Positions 37,413 to 43,285 of a DNA stretch of 43,285 nucleotides are shown piece after piece. Position numbers and translations under genes: made by a program. The notes beneath the pieces are model-generated. The model ran no database searches and was not told the origin of the DNA. It saw only the letters and a program-made list of their open reading frames with translations. This stretch comes from Conidiobolus incongruus B7586 (lineage: Eukaryota). Numbering within the stretch: the first letter of the stretch is position 1; the number at the start of each line of letters is the position of its first letter. The stretch lies in the NCBI GenBank assembly GCA_000697335.1, contig JNEM01009845.1, positions 1-43,285 on the forward strand, written 5' to 3'.

Positions 37413-40400
37413 TTACTGCCTTCTAGATTTAGGCTTAGCAATTACACGATCTCTCAGATGAGGTGGCACAACATTAGAAGGGCTAGAATCTCTAGAATTA
37501 ACAGATGAGTTTGGACCCGAACTGGCACCACTGTGAACAGAATTCGTTCTGCTACTAAAACCTAGATTAGGGGCAAAGGGGTTAGCTTGGGTATTAGGTG
37601 CAAATGCATTATTTTGAACTAATCCAGATCCAAAGCCAGTGTTATTGGGCATGGAGTTATTAGTGCCAAATGAACTGGAACCAAACCCGGATTGGAATCC
37701 TGAATTTGTAGTAGAAGTACCAAACCCTGGACCCGAATTCACGTTGGTGTTTGATCCAAATCCATTTGGTACATTGTTATTGTTAGAACCAAAACCACCC
37801 GATCCAAAACCTGTGTTAGGGCCAAAGCGGCCGGATCCAAAGGAGTTAGTAGCGCCAAAGCTATTGGAATTGGAGAATGGGTTAGGGGAGCTGTTATTGG
37901 ATCCAAATGAATTGTTGAAAGTGTTAGTGGAAAATCCTGAGGAGGTGTTATTATTTCCAAAATTGTTTCCTGATTGGAAGCCGCCAGAAGCATTCATGGT
38001 ATTTGTAGAAAGAGGGGCGAGAGCAAAAGGATTTGCTGAATTTGAGCTGGCGAATACATCTTTGGGAGGATTTGCCGACCCAAAGGATTGGGACTTGGGA
38101 CGAAATCCGGAATTGGCGGGTTGATTTTGAGCAAATTTGTTAACTGCAAAAGGGCTGGGGCTGGGGTTGGAGAATGAATTGCTTGCATTGCTCGAAACAG
38201 CAAATGGGTTTTGCAGAGGAGTGGAAGCATTGGCTGATCCAAAGGATGTAGAGACAGTGGAAGAAGCTTGAAAAGGATTCTTAAGGCGTTTAGATGAGAG
38301 AGTAGGCGAGGTGGGGGGACGAGGAGGTGAGATTTGCATAGAACCACTCGTATCAGGAGTAACCTGCATAGGAGTGATGCTCATGGGAGATGATGGTGAA
38401 ACAGTAGGAAGTTGTACTAAAGATTTAGATGGGGTTTCACTGGCTTCAGAAGCTGCTGCTTTGGGTGCAAATGGATTCGAAATTACAGGGGCAGGAGTAG
38501 AAATTTGAGCAGTAGATAATGCAGCTGGTTGGGAAACACTCACAGTAGAGCTCTGAGTGGAGCTGGGAGAAGATGTGGCACCAAATTTAAAGCCAAAGGT
38601 TCCGAAAGATTGAGATGAAGCTTCACTTTTAGCTTCGTAGCATCTGGTTTTGAAGTAACGGTCGTAGTAGAAGCAGGCATTTCCTGGGGCTGATTTTCAT
38701 TGGAATCTTGATTAGTAGTAGCTAGAGAAATGGACGTAGCGTTGGTTTGACTTCCTTCGGGCTTTGCTTCGCTCGTTATATTGCCAGATTTGGTGACTTG
38801 ATCTTGACTAATGGTATTTTGATTGGATAAAGAAGGAGAAACAAGCGAAAATGAAGATTTTGTTTCGGTAACATTATTAGGAGTAAAATTTTCTTTATCT
38901 TCAGTTACTTTAAGAGTTGTAGAATTTGCATCAGACTTAGTTGCTTCGGTATTTTGGATAGTTGGAGTTGCATCAGACTTTGGAGCGGAGTTCAAAGAAG
39001 AAAATTGACCAAATGATGGAGCGTCAGTTGGAGATTTGGCAAAAATACTTGGCTTAGTTAATGAAGTGGACCCAAATGGAATTGAAGGAATAGCATTGAG
39101 CTCAGTTTTTTCTAGATAGTTCTCTTTCTCTTGTTCCTCGTTAGCAGGGATATCCTTAGAGCCGAACTTGAAAGATGATTTGGCTGAAAATGAATAAGGA
39201 CTAGTATTCTTATGATTAGGAAGTAATTCTTTTCCAGAATCGGACTTAAGATCTAAACAAGTTTTGGGTGTAGCACCAAAATTAAATGCTGGGGCTGTCG
39301 TTTGTTGATCTGTTTTTGATGCAAAGAAAGACCCAAATGGTTTTGCAGAAAAAGTATCACTCGAAACTTTACTTGGATCAGTAGATTCTGTCGAGATAAC
39401 TGTAGTAGATTTGGAAAGATCAGCCTTCTCAGTACCAGTGACATTAGTTTGGGAATCGGCAACATTAGATTTTTTGCTCAAAATGGGTGCAATTTCAGAA
39501 GAAGAGGGCTCGACATCAATTGAATCACCAAAACTTCGTTTGTTTTTAGATTTTACAAGTTGGTCAGAACTAGTAGCTAAAGTGTTACTAGTCAAAGGCT
39601 TAGATGGAATGCTACAAAAGGAAGAAATTTTAGAAGGTTGCTCTTCGGATGAAGCAAGAGATCTTTTCTTAGATGTGGAACAGGATTCCAATTCAGAAAC
39701 CGATGAAGCTGCCGAAAAAGTATTCTTGGGAATAGTGGTGATACTTTATTTTCGAGAGGAGTGGCTTGTGAAGTAAAAAGATTTGCGCCTATAGTCTTAG
39801 AATGCGATTCCAATAATGGTTTAGTCGAAGAAACTATAGTTGCAGTAGATTTAACTTCGGTCAAGGGTTTGGATGATGTTTGAGCATCCTTTAGGGATTT
39901 AGCAGCTGCCTTTTTGTCAGCAAAATATTTCTTAAGATCCACAAGCCATTTTTCCTCAAGAGGATCCGGTTGGACTGAATCATCTTGAATTTGGTGACCA
40001 ATAAGCTGGTGGTCAGTTTTGGTCAAATCTATAAGATCCAAGTTATGCTCATTAACTGCGGATTCTTATTATTCAAGTAGATGGTTTAAAAACAGGGGGA
40101 ATAATTGTTGCAGTGTTAGTAGTATAGTCATAACGATACTGATAAAAGGGGAAATTTTCATAATTGAAATAAGTAGTAATTGCCAATAATCTCGCGGAAT
40201 ACATGATTCGACGATTTTGGTAAACTAAGTAAGAAGGAGTCCAAATAGATTTCTTCAACAAGTTATCTTTGACAGCTTTAGCTACCTCATAGTCATAGGG
40301 AGTGATATTGCGGAAAAAATGAGACACTTCGTCAGGAGTTTCATAATGTTCTCCCAAAATAGGATGCTTAGGGTCAAATTCATGGAAAGGAAAGCATGAA

Positions 40401-40824
40401 AAATCTTCTTCGGAATAAGAAATACAAGGCCTTTCTGATGGAGGAAGTCGCGGGGTAGCTACTACTAAATTAACAGAGTTTGGGTTCAAAGGGAGGTCCA
40501 ATGGAGGCAACACTATTCTGTCGAGCTCTTGATCAATCGGGTAGCTGATTGTTAGAGATTGTTCCATAGTATTTGATTTGGATTCATTTTTGGAAAACCA
40601 ATTGAATAAGCGCTTAAACAATTTCAAGGGGTTACTGTCTTTTTCCTCATTATTTTCAGCAATCTAAATAATAGAAAAGGATTAATAAAGAAAAATAAAA
40701 TGATAGAGAATAGTATTACCAATTCATTTGTTGGGATTTCTTTTTGTTTTTTCTGAGGAGTATTTAAATAAGGGTGTAATTGCTTTTGTTGATCTTTTTT
40801 TGATGTAGCAATGAATTTTGGCAT
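37413..40824 (-). CDS. FG-repeat nuclear basket nucleoporin of Nup1/Nup153/Nup124 type; one gene (~1100 aa) split by an intron and four apparent 1-nt deletions
   Basis: Intron 40719-40664 joins the first two ORFs; FNFG, FKFG and FGFKFG motifs, many FG/NPF repeats, C-terminal basic RVIAKPKSRRQ* motif. Confidence 0.75.
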
Positions 40825-40955
40825 ATTCTAATATAAGAAAATATACAATATATTATATATAAATATATTGAATTATTAAGAATAAAATGACATCTTACGT
40901 AAATTAAGATAAAAGAACAATGATCTATTATATAAATCAATTTCAACCAATATTT

Positions 40956-40963
40956 TATGGGAT
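40956..40963 (-). promoter_or_regulatory. TCCCA promoter motif (ATCCCATA)
   Basis: About 135 nt upstream of ATG 40824, sense orientation. Confidence 0.55.
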
Positions 40964-42249
40964 TCTTGTGATTCTTGAACTGAAAGAATTAATCAAATCA
41001 CCTAAAAGTTTGAAAAGAGAATTGTGTTAATTTATAAAAAGGAATTATTATAGGATTTTGGAAATTTTTAGTTTCGAATATGACGCATTGACTACACAAT
41101 AAGAATTTGAGGCTTTAGGACAAAATTAGTAAAGCTAATTTGAATTATCCTAACTAAGTATCAAGCTAAAAACTATTTGATAACTAATATCAGATAAAAA
41201 ATATACATTTTTAAATACACTCTTTAACAACAAAAAAATGCTAAATACAAAAACAGATGCGAATTTTGATTTTTTCTATTAAATTATTCAAAATAAAATT
41301 ATAACTAAAATATCTTAATCATTTATAATGATATTCATTTTATAGTGTAACAAAAAAGATAAATAGGTTGATATAATTTTCAGTTATTATTAATAAATTA
41401 TAATAGTTAAATATACAAAAATTCCATATAATATATATATTTCTAAAATATATCTAATATTTCAAGTATAATTAATCAGTATATACATTAAAGATCAACT
41501 CGTAAAAATATTTCGTTATATAACTATATAAATATATAATATTTAGATTAAATATTCATATAAACCAAAAATTATATCAATTAAAAATTGAATTTATCAA
41601 AAAATTCACCAGTAAAAGATAATTTTAAATAAATGATATAAAATTATTAGCAAATACATTGTATTTAAAATTCTAGAAAATGCAACTAATAAAAAGAGAA
41701 TCAGAATTTTGATGGACCAAAATCAAATACTTAAAATCTAAAAATATTAGTATAATATTTTCAATTATAACCACACACTACTAAAATTATAATTACTAAT
41801 ATCCTGATTTAATATAATGATTTCGATCAATATAATTTATTATCTCAAATGAATAGATTAATTATAATATATGTAATTAGGAAATCACATATACTTCATT
41901 AAACTATTACACCAAACAAATACTATTATGTTTAATTTTTTTAACAATCAACAGCGAATAACAGATTTCAAGTTGAAATAAAGAATACACATATATTACA
42001 GATTTCCTTTTAAATTGACTGTAACATCAAGGATAAAAAGTGTTCATTTTAATCAACAAGGGTTAAAAATAATGCTTAATTAATACAGCATACCTATTAC
42101 CGCAATCATCTTCACCAATTATAAATAATTTTCTAATTCATATCATCATAATACTTATTGATGAATACAAAAAAGTAATTTATTGAAGAATAACTAAAAG
42201 TTCAAATAATAGATATATAATCAGATCTTAGGATCAATATTCAAAATTA

Positions 42250-43129
42250 TGAATTCGAAAATATAAACTTACAATATTTGAATATTAACATTCAACTGAT
42301 CAACAGGCCTTTGGATAGTATTATAAAATTTGGATCAAACTATCTTAGCCTTACTCAAGATTACAATAAAATTATATCTAAGCAAAAAACTGCTCTTTCT
42401 CAAAGATCCCGTAAAATCAATTAAGACTTATGTTTGAAGCAGCCTTCAAAGTAAAAGTTTTTCATATCCTTACTGAGTACCCTTCAAAAGCATAAAAACC
42501 ACCATTGTGACAGAACCCTAATAGATTAAACACTATACTAACTGCAGCTCATTGCTATGTTAACAATACGTCCCAACTTACAGCTAACATCCATCATGAC
42601 TTGAGAAAAAATCCAGAGCAAGAACAAGGTCAAGTTTCAAAATTGGCAAGATTATCAACCATCCGACCTTTAGCTCCCCTACTTTTGGTCAGAGGATATA
42701 GCGTTATGGAAACTTGGAACCAACTGTACAATTGAAAAATATGCCAAATTGCCAGATTCTGAAATAGATATTACTCCTGAAAAATATAAACAAGGAACAA
42801 TTGTGGGTTGGGGAAGGTCCAAGCCTCAGGATACAGTAAGTTCTAATATACTTTTACAGTCCAATGTACCCATTCATTCCTATGAAGAATGTAAGAAAAA
42901 TTTCAGCGCTGATCTCAATCCAAAGACTCATATCTGTGCAGGGTTTATCCAATCAAAAGGAAATGCATGCCATGGGGATTCTGGTGGTCCTCTATTTTGG
43001 TATGATGAAGACGGCCAACCAATTGAAATAGGGTTGGTGAGTTTTGGATCAGAAGGAGACTGTATGGATACTCCAGTAGTCTTTACCAATATTTCCAAAT
43101 ATTTAGATTGGATTAGTAAGAATAAATAA
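42250..43129 (+). pseudogene. Trypsin-like (S1A) serine protease with a disrupted 5' half
   Basis: LTAAHC (42538-42555), DIALWKL, GWG and GDSGGP present; CGGTL degenerated to CDRTL, with stops and frameshifts upstream of 42749; no intact signal peptide. Confidence 0.85.
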
Positions 43130-43285
43130 TTTATTAAATTAATATATGAACAGTTTAATACAAATAGATATTAAAGTTCTTAAATATCACTTGAATGCCA
43201 TAATTATGTCTATTACATAAATAATTTTTCATTAATTTAATGATTGATATATTTATATTAGTAATAATGTAAAGAATCCGAGCCC

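Noticed and set aside
11226..39776. Antisense or alternate-frame ORFs over FOL1, RPS26, RPS13, twinfilin and the nucleoporin
   Set aside because: Shadow ORFs produced by codon bias and low complexity of the real genes
32092..40076. Genome-wide programmed ribosomal frameshifting
   Set aside because: Sites are regionally confined, lack a common slippery or stop motif and fit homopolymer under-calling; kept only as a testable alternative
1..43285. CRISPR arrays, tRNA/rRNA/snRNA genes, SECIS elements, transposase or RT ORFs
   Set aside because: No spaced direct repeats, hallmark RNA motifs, in-frame TGA in intact genes or mobile-element domains seen by eye; covariance searches were not run

Overview
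Eukaryotic, very AT-rich nuclear DNA with many tiny GT-AG introns (about 42-62 nt). Gene content and trypsin style suggest an early-diverging fungus, possibly Entomophthorales (Conidiobolus-like); this taxon call is an inference. Genes reconstructed by hand: RPS13 (two near-identical inverted copies), a PPP1R21/KLRAQ (FERRY Fy-2) homolog, Atg38/NRBF2-like, FOL1, an ACP6-like histidine phosphatase, Bin3/Bmc1 methyltransferase, a PUDP-like HAD phosphatase, GET5, RPS26, a C1orf109/AIRIM-like gene, twinfilin and a Nup1/Nup153-type FG nucleoporin. Hidden from the ORF track are intron-retaining pseudogenes of ERCC8/CSA and a TrhO/YceA rhodanese, a decayed trypsin and several unidentified coding-like relics. 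Main observations: (1) an oriented DTCCCAHA (CSL-like) motif about 60-160 nt upstream of 8 genes; (2) all three ribosomal protein genes lack CDS introns in the visible sequence but have candidate 3'-UTR introns; (3) a scatter of decayed housekeeping genes; (4) same-direction single-base losses confined to genes after about 32 kb, probably consensus errors; (5) a candidate structured RNA at 35.1-35.2 kb. No CRISPR, tRNA, rRNA or recognisable transposon was found. All homology calls are by eye, without database searches.
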